Virus record (IMG/VR): IMGVR_UViG_2880152234_000004
Coordinates: 77,871-141,870 of that record
Strand: one strand, 5' to 3'
From: a virus
Lineage: Duplodnaviria; Caudoviricetes
Length of the DNA stretch: 64,000 bases
The notes beneath the pieces were generated by a model. The model ran no database searches, had not been told where the DNA came from, and was given only the letters and a program-made list of their open reading frames with translations. Every line of letters begins with the position of its first letter. Position 1 is the first letter of the stretch. Both the position numbers and the translations under genes were made by a program. Shown in pieces: positions 1-10,176 of the stretch.

Positions 1-34
1 TCTGTAATACATATGTACGCAAGTTATCAATAAT

Positions 35-139
35 CTCCTTCGGGCGTTTCCCCAACGCCTATCCGACTTATCTTTCATCTCCTTTATATCCCCTTCTCGG
101 ACGTTACCGATGCTTCGGATCATCGGGCTTCCGAAGGAG
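35..139 (+). ncRNA. Candidate multi-branch structured RNA / leader upstream of the late operon
   Basis: CTCCTTCG(35-42)/CGAAGGAG(132-139) closing stem encloses three hairpins (43-59, 62-101, 107-126 with C-TTCG-G). Confidence 0.5.
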
Positions 140-178
140 CTTATTGTACGTAAATAGAAAACTACTGGAGGAAATTAA

Positions 179-370
179 ATGGCAAGCAAAAAAGTACATC
201 AAATTAATGTTAAAGGCTTTTTCGATATGGACGTAATGGAAGTTACTGAACAAACTAAAGAAGCTGAATACACATATGACTTCAAAGAAATTCTCTCAGA
301 GTTTAATGGAAAGAATGTTTCAATTACTGTAAAAGAAGAAAATGAACTTCCTGTTAAAGACGTTGAGTAA
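179..370 (+). CDS. yonK: YonK-family small phage protein
   Basis: 63 aa matching recalled SPbeta YonK; GGAGG RBS. Confidence 0.9.
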   Translation: MASKKVHQINVKGFFDMDVMEVTEQTKEAEYTYDFKEILSEFNGKNVSITVKEENELPVKDVE

Positions 371-382
371 GGAGATGACTGA

Positions 383-1600
383 ATGATCGATCCTATTCAA
401 ACTAAGCGTCACTCAGATGAAAACCTTAAAGAATGGAAAATAAGAATCTGCTCTAATAAAGACATTTATAATCTAAACTGGGAAGAAATCAAAGAGTTAA
501 TAAACAAAGAAACCGGCGAATCTAAAGGTGAATCAGCTTATAGAAAATGGTTCAACAACTTCATTGAGGGGGTTGAATACCAAAGAGAAAAGTCAGATGA
601 ATCAAATAATTCTCTCCTTGAATTGGAACTGAAAAAGGTTGAAATCATGGAAGAGAGAAAAAAGCTTCAAGCTGTAAAGCATGAAATACATAAAAACACA
701 CGTGTCAAAGGCCGAACAGAGCTGCTATATGAAAATGTAACTGAAGCAATTGAGAAAGTAGGCACTCTCCCTCCCCCTTCCTTCTATCCATTAAATAAGA
801 GCGAAAGAAAAAGAGCTGCTGTTCTAGGGTTTGGAGACGAACACTTCGGAAAGCAATTTAAAAGCAACAACAATGAATACAACGAACAGATTTATTTGCA
901 GCGTATGAATCAGATCCTTTCTGAAACTGTTGAGTACATTCAAAAAGAAAATTTAGATGAGTTGGTCGTGTTAAATGGTGCTGATAGTGTTGAAGGTATG
1001 GCATTGCGCGTATCGCAATTAACTGCCCTTCAGTACGGGTTTATTGACCAAGTGATAAAATACTCTAGGTACAAAGCTGAATGGCTTTTAGAACTTTCTA
1101 AGCACGTCAAAATTAAGTACATACATATCCCTTCTGCAAATCATACTGAACTAAGATTACATAATACAAATCGCTCGGAAATGCCTAAAGAAGATGTAGA
1201 ACGTATTATCGTTACTTATATTCATGACGTACTCAAAGACAATGAGCGAATTGAAGTTCCTTTATACGACGAAGGAATTGTGGATTTTAAATTACTTGAA
1301 TTTGAAATTGTTGCTTGTCACGGACACCAGATTAAAAACAAAAAGAATGCTATTCGTGACATTTCACAGATGAAACGAAAATTTTACGATTACATGTACA
1401 TCTCCCACTTCCACCACGGAAACATGCTCACTGTAGGTGAAGCAGCCACTCATAATATCCAAGTTATACAACTCCCTTCTATAATGGGATCCGATGAATA
1501 CAGTGACAGGTTAATGACAGGTGCCAAAGCTGGAGCAAACCTATCAATTTATGAGTCCGGTAAAGGTCGTACTATTCAGTATGATTACATATTGAATTAA
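383..1600 (+). CDS. yonJ: Calcineurin-like metallophosphoesterase with N-terminal helical/coiled-coil region
   Basis: 405 aa; GDEHFG, NH, HGH, HFHH metal-binding motifs; synteny. Confidence 0.85.
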   Translation: MIDPIQTKRHSDENLKEWKIRICSNKDIYNLNWEEIKELINKETGESKGESAYRKWFNNFIEGVEYQREKSDESNNSLLELELKKVEIMEERKKLQAVKHEIHKNTRVKGRTELLYENVTEAIEKVGTLPPPSFYPLNKSERKRAAVLGFGDEHFGKQFKSNNNEYNEQIYLQRMNQILSETVEYIQKENLDELVVLNGADSVEGMALRVSQLTALQYGFIDQVIKYSRYKAEWLLELSKHVKIKYIHIPSANHTELRLHNTNRSEMPKEDVERIIVTYIHDVLKDNERIEVPLYDEGIVDFKLLEFEIVACHGHQIKNKKNAIRDISQMKRKFYDYMYISHFHHGNMLTVGEAATHNIQVIQLPSIMGSDEYSDRLMTGAKAGANLSIYESGKGRTIQYDYILN

Positions 1601-1621
1601 TTTAATAAGGAGTAAAACTAA

Positions 1622-1717
1622 ATGAAGACAAAAAGTTTTATTAACGAATTAAGTGGTCATTGGGTTAATTTCACAGATAAATTTAAAACGGAGCTTTCCA
1701 TAATTATTGCTGGTTAA
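1622..1717 (+). CDS. Small 31-aa ORF (MKTKSFINELSGHWVNFTDKFKTELSIIIAG), possibly a remnant
   Basis: AAGGAG RBS at 1607-1612, ATG 1622, TAA 1715-1717; not in ORF track. Confidence 0.4.
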   Translation: MKTKSFINELSGHWVNFTDKFKTELSIIIAG

Positions 1718-1792
1718 TTCCTACAACTGAGCCTAATCGAAGTGTTAGGACATTATTTTTTCAACTAAGGGAGCCTCGATGTAGGCTCCAAC

Positions 1793-1820
1793 TTTGTTTA
1801 AAACTTTAATTTTATCCAGA
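1793..1820. repeat. 28-bp palindromic site copy 1 (TTTGTTTAAAA ctttaa TTTTATCCAGA)
   Basis: Matches dispersed TAAAA-N6-TTTTAT family. Confidence 0.7.
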
Positions 1821-1925
1821 TAAGCACTTTTTTAGAACGCCCAGCGATGATTGCAGTACTCCCCTTCCGCTCTATTGCTGGGCGTTTCATAAAATGTGTT
1901 TACATCAACTTTATGGAGGTGAAAT

Positions 1926-2846
1926 ATGTCTGCAGAGAAAATCAAATGCTCATGCTGCGGCAAAGAACAAAATGCCAATCAATATTATATCTCGGAATCT
2001 CCTTTCAATACTGCAACCGGCAAGCTGTCAGTATGTAAAAGCTGTCTCCAAAATGAATTCCAAAAAGACAAAGATAACTTAAAGAATGTTCAAAACATCT
2101 TAAGAATGATTGACCGTCCTTTTGTTTACGACTTGTGGGTTTCCGCTGTTAATGAATCAGAGTCCAAGAAAAAATCAGCTGGAAATGTGTTAGGTACGTA
2201 TATGAAAAATATCGGAATGAAAGATTACAAGTCAAAAAATTGGGCAGACAGTGAGTTTGACTTTGAAGAAGAACAAGAATATACAACACAGCTATTACTA
2301 GCTAAAAGTACAGAAGATATATCTAAGGAAGACATAGATGAATTAATGCAATTCTGGGGTCGTGGTCTTGATGTTGAAGATTACATTTGGCTTCAGAATG
2401 AGTACATTGACTTCACGAATAGGTATGAATGTGATTCTAAAGGAATGGAACTTCTTATAAATGAAATATGTTTGACTCGGCTAGATATCCGCAAACGGCG
2501 TGAAAATGGCGAAAAAGTCGATCAGCAGCAAAAAACTCTTCAAGATTTACTTGGGTCAAGTAATTTAAAACCGGTTCAAGAAACTGGAGCAAGTGGAGTT
2601 GAACAAGAGTCTTTTGGCACTCTGATCAAAAAATATGAGAATGAGAAACCTATTCCTGAGCCAGAGCCTAGATGGAAAGATCCTGATAAAATCGGGAAAT
2701 ACATTAAGGTATTTTTCCTTGGGCATCTGTCCCGAATGCTTGGTTTGAAAAATCAATATTCAGAGGAATATTGGGAAGAAATGAATAAGCATACTGTTGA
2801 AGAACCTGTTGCAGAAGAAGAGGATCGAGAAAATGACTTCGCATAA
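1926..2846 (+). CDS. yonG: Zn-finger protein, probable terminase small subunit
   Basis: 306 aa; CSCC...CKSC; immediately precedes and overlaps terminase large gene. Confidence 0.75.
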   Translation: MSAEKIKCSCCGKEQNANQYYISESPFNTATGKLSVCKSCLQNEFQKDKDNLKNVQNILRMIDRPFVYDLWVSAVNESESKKKSAGNVLGTYMKNIGMKDYKSKNWADSEFDFEEEQEYTTQLLLAKSTEDISKEDIDELMQFWGRGLDVEDYIWLQNEYIDFTNRYECDSKGMELLINEICLTRLDIRKRRENGEKVDQQQKTLQDLLGSSNLKPVQETGASGVEQESFGTLIKKYENEKPIPEPEPRWKDPDKIGKYIKVFFLGHLSRMLGLKNQYSEEYWEEMNKHTVEEPVAEEEDRENDFA

Positions 2847-4602
2847 AAATTTTACAACAGATCGCAACAAGCACAGTCGAGGAATCAATATTTTTAAAAA
2901 GGGAAACAACTTAAAAAAGAAATCAAAATCCGAACGATTAATGGATGGTATCGGCGCATGGACTTCTTTCTATAGAGCAAACCCACATCGTTTTGTAAAA
3001 GAATACTTGGGTATTACACTTAAATTGTTCCAGTGTATTTTAATTTACATGATGGTACATAATCATTACTTTATGTATCTAGCCAGTCGTGGGCAGGGTA
3101 AAACATGGTTAACCTCTGTATACTGCTGTGTGCAAGCCATACTCTTCCCAGGCACTAAAATAGTTATCGCATCGGGCACAAAAGGACAAGCTCGTGAAGT
3201 CATAGAGAAAATTGATGACTTACGTAAAGAATCGCCTAATTTAAGGCGAGAAATAGAAGATTTAAAAACCTCAACGAATGATGCTAAAGTGGAGTTCCAT
3301 AATGGCAGCTGGATTAAAATCGTAGCCTCAAATGATGGCGCCCGCTCCAAGCGTGCAAACCTCCTTATTGTAGATGAATTCAGAATGGTTGATTTTGAAA
3401 TCATCAGTAAGGTACTTAGAAAATTCCTGACAGCTCCCCGTTCTCCTAAATATCTCGAAAAAGAAGAATACGCTCACTTAAAAGAACGAAACAAAGAAAT
3501 TTACTTGTCATCCTGCTGGTATAAGGTTCATTGGTCATTTAACAGATTCATAACTTACTACAATGCCATGATGAAAGGATCCAAATACTTTGTTTGCGGT
3601 CTTCCTTACCAGATCGCAATTAAAGAAGGCCTTTTGGATAAAGATCAGGTTAGAGATGAAATGGCTGAAGAAGACTTTGACCCTATTGGTTGGTCAATGG
3701 AAATGGAAGCTCTATGGTTTGGTGAATCTGAAAAAGCTTATTATAAATTTGAAGACATTGAAAAGAACCGCAAGCTTGCTTCCCCCCTCTTCCCCCCTGA
3801 CTATTACAGTCTGATCAAGGATTCCAACTTCAAATATGAAGGCAAGAAACCAGGAGAAATTAGGCTGGTAAGCAATGATATCGCTGGAATGGCCGGTAAG
3901 GATAATGACGCAAGTGTTTACACTGTATTCAGACTTATCCCAAACTCCAATGGATATGATCGTCATATTGTATACATGGAGAGCATCGTAGGTGGTCACA
4001 CAGGAACTCAAGCAACAAGAATTCGACAAATATACGAAGATTATGAATGCGATTATATTGTATTGGATACTCAGAGTATCGGACTAGGTGTGTATGATGC
4101 ATTATGCCAGCCTTTATATGATAAAGAACGTGCAAAAGAATATGAGCCATTTTCATGTATTAACGATGACAGAATGGCTGAGCGTTGTACTTATCAAAAT
4201 GCCGAAAAAGTAATTTATAGCATTAAAGGTAATGCACAATTGAACAGTGAAATTGCTGTATTACTCAAAGATGGATTTAAACGAGGGAAAATCAAAATTC
4301 CTATCAACGAAAATGAAGGAAAAGAATATCTGAAAAGATTTAAAGGCTATGAAGGGCTATCTCCTGAAGTTAAAGGAAAATTCCTTTCAAGCTATGCTCA
4401 GATTACCCTTCTAATAAATGAAATGATCAACTTGGAAGCTGAATATAGCGATAACGGACAAGTTAAGCTTAAAGAGCCAAAGAGTAAACGAAAAGACAGA
4501 TATAGCTCAGTGGCTTATGGCAACTATATTGCTACCGTATTAGAAAGACAGTTAAACAAACAAACTGAATATGACGTTGAAGATGAACTAGTCTATTTTT
4601 AA
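2833..4602 (+). CDS. yonF: Terminase large subunit
   Basis: Walker A ASRGQGKT, Walker B LLIVDE, C-terminal KDRYS nuclease motif; ATG 2833 gives 589 aa. Confidence 0.92.
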   Translation: MTSHKNFTTDRNKHSRGINIFKKGNNLKKKSKSERLMDGIGAWTSFYRANPHRFVKEYLGITLKLFQCILIYMMVHNHYFMYLASRGQGKTWLTSVYCCVQAILFPGTKIVIASGTKGQAREVIEKIDDLRKESPNLRREIEDLKTSTNDAKVEFHNGSWIKIVASNDGARSKRANLLIVDEFRMVDFEIISKVLRKFLTAPRSPKYLEKEEYAHLKERNKEIYLSSCWYKVHWSFNRFITYYNAMMKGSKYFVCGLPYQIAIKEGLLDKDQVRDEMAEEDFDPIGWSMEMEALWFGESEKAYYKFEDIEKNRKLASPLFPPDYYSLIKDSNFKYEGKKPGEIRLVSNDIAGMAGKDNDASVYTVFRLIPNSNGYDRHIVYMESIVGGHTGTQATRIRQIYEDYECDYIVLDTQSIGLGVYDALCQPLYDKERAKEYEPFSCINDDRMAERCTYQNAEKVIYSIKGNAQLNSEIAVLLKDGFKRGKIKIPINENEGKEYLKRFKGYEGLSPEVKGKFLSSYAQITLLINEMINLEAEYSDNGQVKLKEPKSKRKDRYSSVAYGNYIATVLERQLNKQTEYDVEDELVYF

Positions 4603-4642
4603 AAGATATGACGTTGAAGATGAACTAGTCTATTTTTAAAAG
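4569..4642 (+). repeat. Perfect 37-bp tandem duplication spanning the yonF stop codon
   Basis: ATATGACGTTGAAGATGAACTAGTCTATTTTTAAAAG at 4569-4605 and 4606-4642. Confidence 0.95.
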
Positions 4643-4656
4643 AAATGAGGTGAAAC

Positions 4657-6177
4657 ATGGTAACCTTAAATAAAGTTGACATTGAGTCTGAAGAGTATAA
4701 GCAAATGCTGAATGACTATTCAACTTATACTTCTACATTTGCTTCCGGCTTTATCTCAAATATGTTTTCCAATGGCATTGTTACGGAAATTGAGGCCGAA
4801 CAATTAAAGAATTATTTTTCTAACCCCGATGAATTTCAAGAAGAAATTGAAGATCTTGCTGAGTATTTTTACATTTCGACTGCAGAGATTCACCAATTGT
4901 TTGAATTGATTGAAGCCCTCCCTACCCTCAACTATAAAATTGACTCCTTTAATAAAGTTAAGTCTTCAGATAAGCACATTTCCCTTTTGAATAAATCCTT
5001 ACATAAGGTCAAACATAAAAGACTTACTAGGGATCTGTTAAAACAGGTAGCTACAGCTGGCACCCTTGTTGGCATATGGCTTGGGGATGCTAAAAACCCC
5101 TATCCGTTTATTTTTGATGAAATTAAATATGTATTCCCCTCCTTTAGAAGAAATGGAGACTGGGTATGTGTAGTTGACATGGAGCTGTTCACTAAGTATA
5201 AAGATGATCACAGAAATGAGTTGTTAAAAAGCCTCTCCCCTTATATTAAACAAAGCGATTATGAAAACTTCATGAAAGATCGAGAGAAATATCGATTTAA
5301 GGAATTGCCACAAGAAAGAACTTTTCCACTACGCACAGGGACGCTAAAAAGAAATCAAGGGTTGGGAACATCTTGGGTTACCCCAGGTCTATATGACGTT
5401 CTCCATAAAAAGAAACTTAAAGATGTTGAAAGATCGATTGCAAATAAAATTATTAACGCTGTTGCAGTTCTAACGATTGGAACAGATAAAGGTAATGGCG
5501 AATACACAAACATGAAGCTGCCTAAAGCAATTAAACAAAAAATTCACGGTGGAGTTAAAGCAGCTTTAGAGAAGAACCAAAAAGATGGAGTAACTGTAGT
5601 ATCAATCCCTGACTTTGCTGACATCAACTTTCCAGATGTTAAAGCAGATGGATTAGATGGAGCAAAGTTTGACCATATCAATAGCGACATTCAATCTGCT
5701 TACGGCTTATCCGGCTCCCTTTTAAATGGTGATGGGGGTAACTACGCAACATCGTCGTTAAACTTGGATACATTTTATAAGCGTATTGGTGTTTTAATGG
5801 AGGATATTGAACAAGAGGTTTATCAAAAGTTATTCAACCTTGTTTTGCCTGCTGCCCAAAAAGACAATTACTATATGAATTACGATAAAGACAAGCCGCT
5901 CACTCTTAAAGAAAAAATGGACATTTTAATTAAATTAAACGATAAAGGTTGGTCTATTAAGCACGTAGTTGATAATTTGGCAGGAGTGTCTTGGGAAAGC
6001 TACCTTGAACAAACTCTATATGAAACTGAAGAGCTGAAACTCCAAGAAAAAATTAGACCTTATCAAACTTCATATACCTTCACTGGGAATGAAGCAGGCC
6101 GTCCAAATAACGGAAATAAAAACAACGACAACACAGTGAAGTCAGCTACATCCAACGGTAATGACAATCCTATTTAA
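4657..6177 (+). CDS. yonE: Portal protein
   Basis: 506 aa, position after terminase, GAGGTG RBS. Confidence 0.82.
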   Translation: MVTLNKVDIESEEYKQMLNDYSTYTSTFASGFISNMFSNGIVTEIEAEQLKNYFSNPDEFQEEIEDLAEYFYISTAEIHQLFELIEALPTLNYKIDSFNKVKSSDKHISLLNKSLHKVKHKRLTRDLLKQVATAGTLVGIWLGDAKNPYPFIFDEIKYVFPSFRRNGDWVCVVDMELFTKYKDDHRNELLKSLSPYIKQSDYENFMKDREKYRFKELPQERTFPLRTGTLKRNQGLGTSWVTPGLYDVLHKKKLKDVERSIANKIINAVAVLTIGTDKGNGEYTNMKLPKAIKQKIHGGVKAALEKNQKDGVTVVSIPDFADINFPDVKADGLDGAKFDHINSDIQSAYGLSGSLLNGDGGNYATSSLNLDTFYKRIGVLMEDIEQEVYQKLFNLVLPAAQKDNYYMNYDKDKPLTLKEKMDILIKLNDKGWSIKHVVDNLAGVSWESYLEQTLYETEELKLQEKIRPYQTSYTFTGNEAGRPNNGNKNNDNTVKSATSNGNDNPI

Positions 6178-6207
6178 AACTTCACTTTTGAAGGGAGGTG
6201 AAATTAT

Positions 6208-7644
6208 TTGACAAAGAAGCAAAAGAAAAAACTATGCCAACTTCAATTGAATGAGATTAAAACATCAGATGACCCAACAAAGTTGTCATGTAGCTTTGTC
6301 ATTTTTGATTTCGATGTCTCTCACAATAACGCAGTAATTTCAAAGGATGTTGCTCTTGAGGCTGCTTCAACAATTATTAATAAACCGATTGTTGCAAAAT
6401 ATTACGAGGTTGATGAATTAAATACTTCTACAGATGCATTGGGAACTCATGAAGCTTATCTAGACACAGACAAGCACGGAGAACTTGAAGTAAAAAGAGA
6501 TACTGCTCCAATTGGTGTCTTTACTTCTGAGGGATACATAACTGAAATTGAAACCCCAGAAGGTAAGAAAGAAGTATTGGCAGCAGATGCAATACTTTGG
6601 AGCTCCCGATTTAAAGATGCATGTGAACTTTTACTCGAATGGTATGGTCGAGGCATCAACATTAATACAAGTTGTGAGATCCTTTATTCAAATTACACCA
6701 TGCAAGATGGTATTGAACACCTACAGTCCCCTATCTATTTCGAAGGTCATGCAATTTTAAATTCAGAGAAACGAGGAGAGCATGACATTGTCCTCCCCGC
6801 TTATGATTCTTCCAAACTTCTTAGCTTTAATGAAATTCAACAATTTGAAAGATTAGTTGCTCAAGCAGCTACAAGACAAAATAATGAGGAAGGTGAAAAA
6901 ATGAATAAGTTTAGAAAAGTGTTTGAATTGTCTCATTCTGACGTTCGAACATTTCTTTATAACCAATTAGATCCAACCCTTGACAAGGAGTCAGCATCTT
7001 ATATTGCAGATGTATATGATACTTATTTCATCGTAAACGTGTATAGCTGGTCAGATGACAATAGCTATGACAAATACTTTAAGTTCAATTACACAAGAAC
7101 AGGCGATACTGTTTCAATTGATTTTGACAGTAAAACTGAGGTATTCATGACACGTAACTGGGAGGAAGTTGTTCCTGAACCTATTCAAACACAACTTAAC
7201 CAAAAAGATGAGCACATTAAAGATTTAACAAAACAAGTAAATCAAATCAATAAGAATAAGGCAGATATTGAACAGCAATTCAACACTGCCAGTGAAAAGC
7301 TTGTGCAATTAAATTCTGAAGTGGAACAATTGAAGCCTTACAAAGAAAAACACGAGAAAACTTTATTAGAGCAAAAACTAAATGAGAAAAATGAATTCTA
7401 TAGAGCGAAATTTGAAGCTTTAAATGCTGAGGAAAAATTCAGTACAGAAGAAGTACAAAACCTTATCCATGCTTCGGTTAAACAAGATGAAGAAGGAGAA
7501 AAAGCTGTATTACAACTTAACACAATGTTAGTTGATTTAGTTAGTGTTCCTACTGAAACAAATACAACCATTAGAGAATTTTCAAGTAAACGGGAAAATT
7601 TAATCCCTAACGATGACTCTTTTGAATCACGCTTTTCACAATAA
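6208..7644 (+). CDS. yonD: Prohead protease/scaffold fusion (probable)
   Basis: 478 aa, TTG start; globular N-terminus plus long coiled-coil C-terminus; internal RBS+ATG at 6901. Confidence 0.72.
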   Translation: MTKKQKKKLCQLQLNEIKTSDDPTKLSCSFVIFDFDVSHNNAVISKDVALEAASTIINKPIVAKYYEVDELNTSTDALGTHEAYLDTDKHGELEVKRDTAPIGVFTSEGYITEIETPEGKKEVLAADAILWSSRFKDACELLLEWYGRGININTSCEILYSNYTMQDGIEHLQSPIYFEGHAILNSEKRGEHDIVLPAYDSSKLLSFNEIQQFERLVAQAATRQNNEEGEKMNKFRKVFELSHSDVRTFLYNQLDPTLDKESASYIADVYDTYFIVNVYSWSDDNSYDKYFKFNYTRTGDTVSIDFDSKTEVFMTRNWEEVVPEPIQTQLNQKDEHIKDLTKQVNQINKNKADIEQQFNTASEKLVQLNSEVEQLKPYKEKHEKTLLEQKLNEKNEFYRAKFEALNAEEKFSTEEVQNLIHASVKQDEEGEKAVLQLNTMLVDLVSVPTETNTTIREFSSKRENLIPNDDSFESRFSQ

Positions 7645-7668
7645 ATTTTAAACTTGGAGGAATAAAAT

Positions 7669-8205
7669 ATGGCTACAAGATTACAAAAAGCCCTTACTGA
7701 AGTAGGTAATCATACTACTGGAAACTTGAATTCTTTAAAAATCAAAACAGTTGCTCACGGTGCAAAAGTGACTGGTTCAGACATTGATAACTTTATGCTT
7801 GTTGAACTTGGTTTTGATGCTGAGGGGAACCGTACAGCTTCGAAACTATCAGATAAAACAAAAAAAGCATATTTAATTGCATCTCCTGAAGCACGCTACC
7901 TTGGTGAATCAATGAGAGATTTTTATAACGGTGTAGGAGAACATGCTCGAATTGTTATCCTTGAGCCAGCTTATACCCGTTTTGATGTTTCTGCATTTTC
8001 ATTTAATACAGGAGTGACTGAGGTTAAACAAGGTCAAGTAGCTCACTTTGATATTGCTACTCAAAAGTATATTCTCAGTGATCCTGCTTCACCTCATGAG
8101 GATTATGCTGATTCTTCTGCTAAGTTCCTCGTTGTAAATAATGAAGATGACCTTGTTTACACAATGGGACAAAAACTTGTTCGCCTTGAAGTAATCGAGG
8201 CCTAA
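7669..8205 (+). CDS. yonC: Head decoration/minor capsid protein (probable)
   Basis: 178 aa between scaffold and major capsid genes. Confidence 0.65.
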   Translation: MATRLQKALTEVGNHTTGNLNSLKIKTVAHGAKVTGSDIDNFMLVELGFDAEGNRTASKLSDKTKKAYLIASPEARYLGESMRDFYNGVGEHARIVILEPAYTRFDVSAFSFNTGVTEVKQGQVAHFDIATQKYILSDPASPHEDYADSSAKFLVVNNEDDLVYTMGQKLVRLEVIEA

Positions 8206-8220
8206 TACATAACAAATAAA

Positions 8221-8248
8221 TTTCAATAAAAGGAGTATTTTAAATGAA
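8221..8248. repeat. 28-bp palindromic site copy 2 (TTTCAATAAAA ggagta TTTTAAATGAA), overlapping the capsid RBS and start
   Basis: Reads TAAAA-N6-TTTTAT-TGAAA on the minus strand. Confidence 0.55.
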
Positions 8249-9260
8249 TTTAGATACTGTGAAAATCAAAGGCTTGTTTAGCCGTGTATTAAATAACAAA
8301 ATGGACGGTACAGACCAAGCTGATATCCAAACTTACATTAAGAAAGTGTTTGGTGATGGCGGTACTACACCTGACCCTTCCATGCTCCATCAATTTAATA
8401 ACCTTGTCGTTGAACAAGCAGATGAAATTGCGAAACCAAAAGTAACACAGCTCCTCTCCCTTTTGGCCAATGTCCAACAAGAAAAACGAGGCAATATTAA
8501 AGAAATTAAAATTCCGAAAAAGAATAAGGCAAAAGTCATTTGGTCTGCTACAGGCTCTGGTGTTGATTTAGTTCGTGTTGAAGGACAAGAAACAGTTCCT
8601 GCTGTTCCGAAAACTATGTCAACTGGTTTCTATTATGAACCACTAGATCTTGTAACAGATTCAATTGTTTACTTCAATAAATTGGTGAATGATATTGCAG
8701 ATGCTAAAGTCCGTTTGTACCTCGATAAAATTCATCAATTAACTGCAAGCGCAATTACAGCTGGTAAAATTCCTGCAAAAAATGTTCAAACAGGCTCAAA
8801 CCTTACTCTTCAACAATACAACAAAGTAGCTTCCGTGCTTCAACGTTATGGTGGAAAACCTATCTTCGTAGCTGATACCCTTCTTATCGACTACTTCGCA
8901 TTCCAACAAGGAACAGACTCCACGTTTAAGAACTTCTTAACAGAAGAAGTAAAAGGAGAACTCCTTACTGCCCTAAATCCAACTACAATCGGCAGAACAA
9001 CTGCTGTTAACCTCACTAACCCATTTACTGATGATACAAATAGTAAAGTCGAACTTCCTGTCAACAAAGGATATATGTTTGCCGGCGGCGTTTCTCAAAA
9101 ACCATTTTCTGTTGTTGAGTATGGCGGACTACGTCAATTGACTGAACAAGACATTGAAGATGAAAGAATCAAAATGAAAATTGTTCAAGATGCTTCTGTT
9201 AACCTTCTTTTTGGAGAAGCAATCGGAATTATTGAAGAACAAGCTGCAGTATCTATCTAA
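8244..9260 (+). CDS. yonB: Major capsid protein
   Basis: 338 aa; synteny; strong AAAGGAG RBS. Confidence 0.8.
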   Translation: MNLDTVKIKGLFSRVLNNKMDGTDQADIQTYIKKVFGDGGTTPDPSMLHQFNNLVVEQADEIAKPKVTQLLSLLANVQQEKRGNIKEIKIPKKNKAKVIWSATGSGVDLVRVEGQETVPAVPKTMSTGFYYEPLDLVTDSIVYFNKLVNDIADAKVRLYLDKIHQLTASAITAGKIPAKNVQTGSNLTLQQYNKVASVLQRYGGKPIFVADTLLIDYFAFQQGTDSTFKNFLTEEVKGELLTALNPTTIGRTTAVNLTNPFTDDTNSKVELPVNKGYMFAGGVSQKPFSVVEYGGLRQLTEQDIEDERIKMKIVQDASVNLLFGEAIGIIEEQAAVSI

Positions 9261-9295
9261 ATCAAAATATGAGGATTTTTTAGGAGGATATAAAT

Positions 9296-9766
9296 TTGAC
9301 TGAAAAAATTAAGTTAGCACGATACAGAAGTACATCTTATTTTGTAGGGTATACCGGAGATGGTGGGCATAAACAATACACTTGGGCTGGAAGTAAAAAT
9401 GGGAAGGCCGATATTAAAGAAGTTCCCAAAGAAGTTGTTGAATGGCTCACAATGAACAGCGTTTGTTTCGATAAAGGTGAATTAGTTATTATTGAAGATA
9501 ATGATACAACCAAAGAAATTAAAGATTCTATTGTTGAGTCGGAGGCTTATGAAAATAACATCCACACCAAAGAACAAATTGAAAAGATGATTAAATCGGG
9601 AAATATTGCTCAACTAAAAAATAAGCTCGATAAAATCACAGTGGATTCTGAGAAGCAATTTATTATTGACGTTGCTTCAGAATTTAGCGATGACATTGCT
9701 GCAGGCAAATTAAAAGTTTTGGCTGATTGGATGGGAGTCGCTGATCCTTCCCTTCTCTTTGACTAA
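9296..9766 (+). CDS. yonA: Phage structural-module protein
   Basis: 156 aa, TTG start, synteny. Confidence 0.8.
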   Translation: MTEKIKLARYRSTSYFVGYTGDGGHKQYTWAGSKNGKADIKEVPKEVVEWLTMNSVCFDKGELVIIEDNDTTKEIKDSIVESEAYENNIHTKEQIEKMIKSGNIAQLKNKLDKITVDSEKQFIIDVASEFSDDIAAGKLKVLADWMGVADPSLLFD

Positions 9767-9780
9767 GAGGAGGGATTTTT

Positions 9781-10176
9781 ATGACATCTTATGATCAAAT
9801 ATGGGAAACCTTTTTAAATAACTGTGAAACATCTGATTTTGATGTTCCTCAAGAAGAAGAGGACATTTATAAATCAATTCGAAATGCGATCCTTCATTTC
9901 AATAACCGGCTTAGAGACAATTTAAAAGCTGATAATTCAACTGAAACTGTTAATCGAGAATTATCTGAGGATGATCTTCTTATTCTTGCACACTTCTTGA
10001 GATACATCTTTTTGTTAAATAAAAAGACCTTGTTTGAGAATACGTGGCAGCCCTTCACTAATGACGTGGGGATCAAGAACTTTGGCACACAACTCAATTC
10101 TCTTAAACAAAGTGTAATAGATCAGAAAAACGAAATTGAACGTTTGATATTGAATGCTGCGGTGGATTATCTATGA
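9781..10176 (+). CDS. yomZ: Head-tail adaptor (probable)
   Basis: 131 aa helical protein, synteny. Confidence 0.7.
   Translation: MTSYDQIWETFLNNCETSDFDVPQEEEDIYKSIRNAILHFNNRLRDNLKADNSTETVNRELSEDDLLILAHFLRYIFLLNKKTLFENTWQPFTNDVGIKNFGTQLNSLKQSVIDQKNEIERLILNAAVDYL

Noticed and set aside
35-139. tRNA or tRNA-like cloverleaf
   Set aside because: Arm sizes are wrong, the 30-nt central loop is not an anticodon loop, and there is no D-loop GG, TTCRA T-loop or CCA end
4569-4642. Mini CRISPR array
   Set aside because: Two adjacent copies with no spacer, derived from yonF coding sequence; no cas genes
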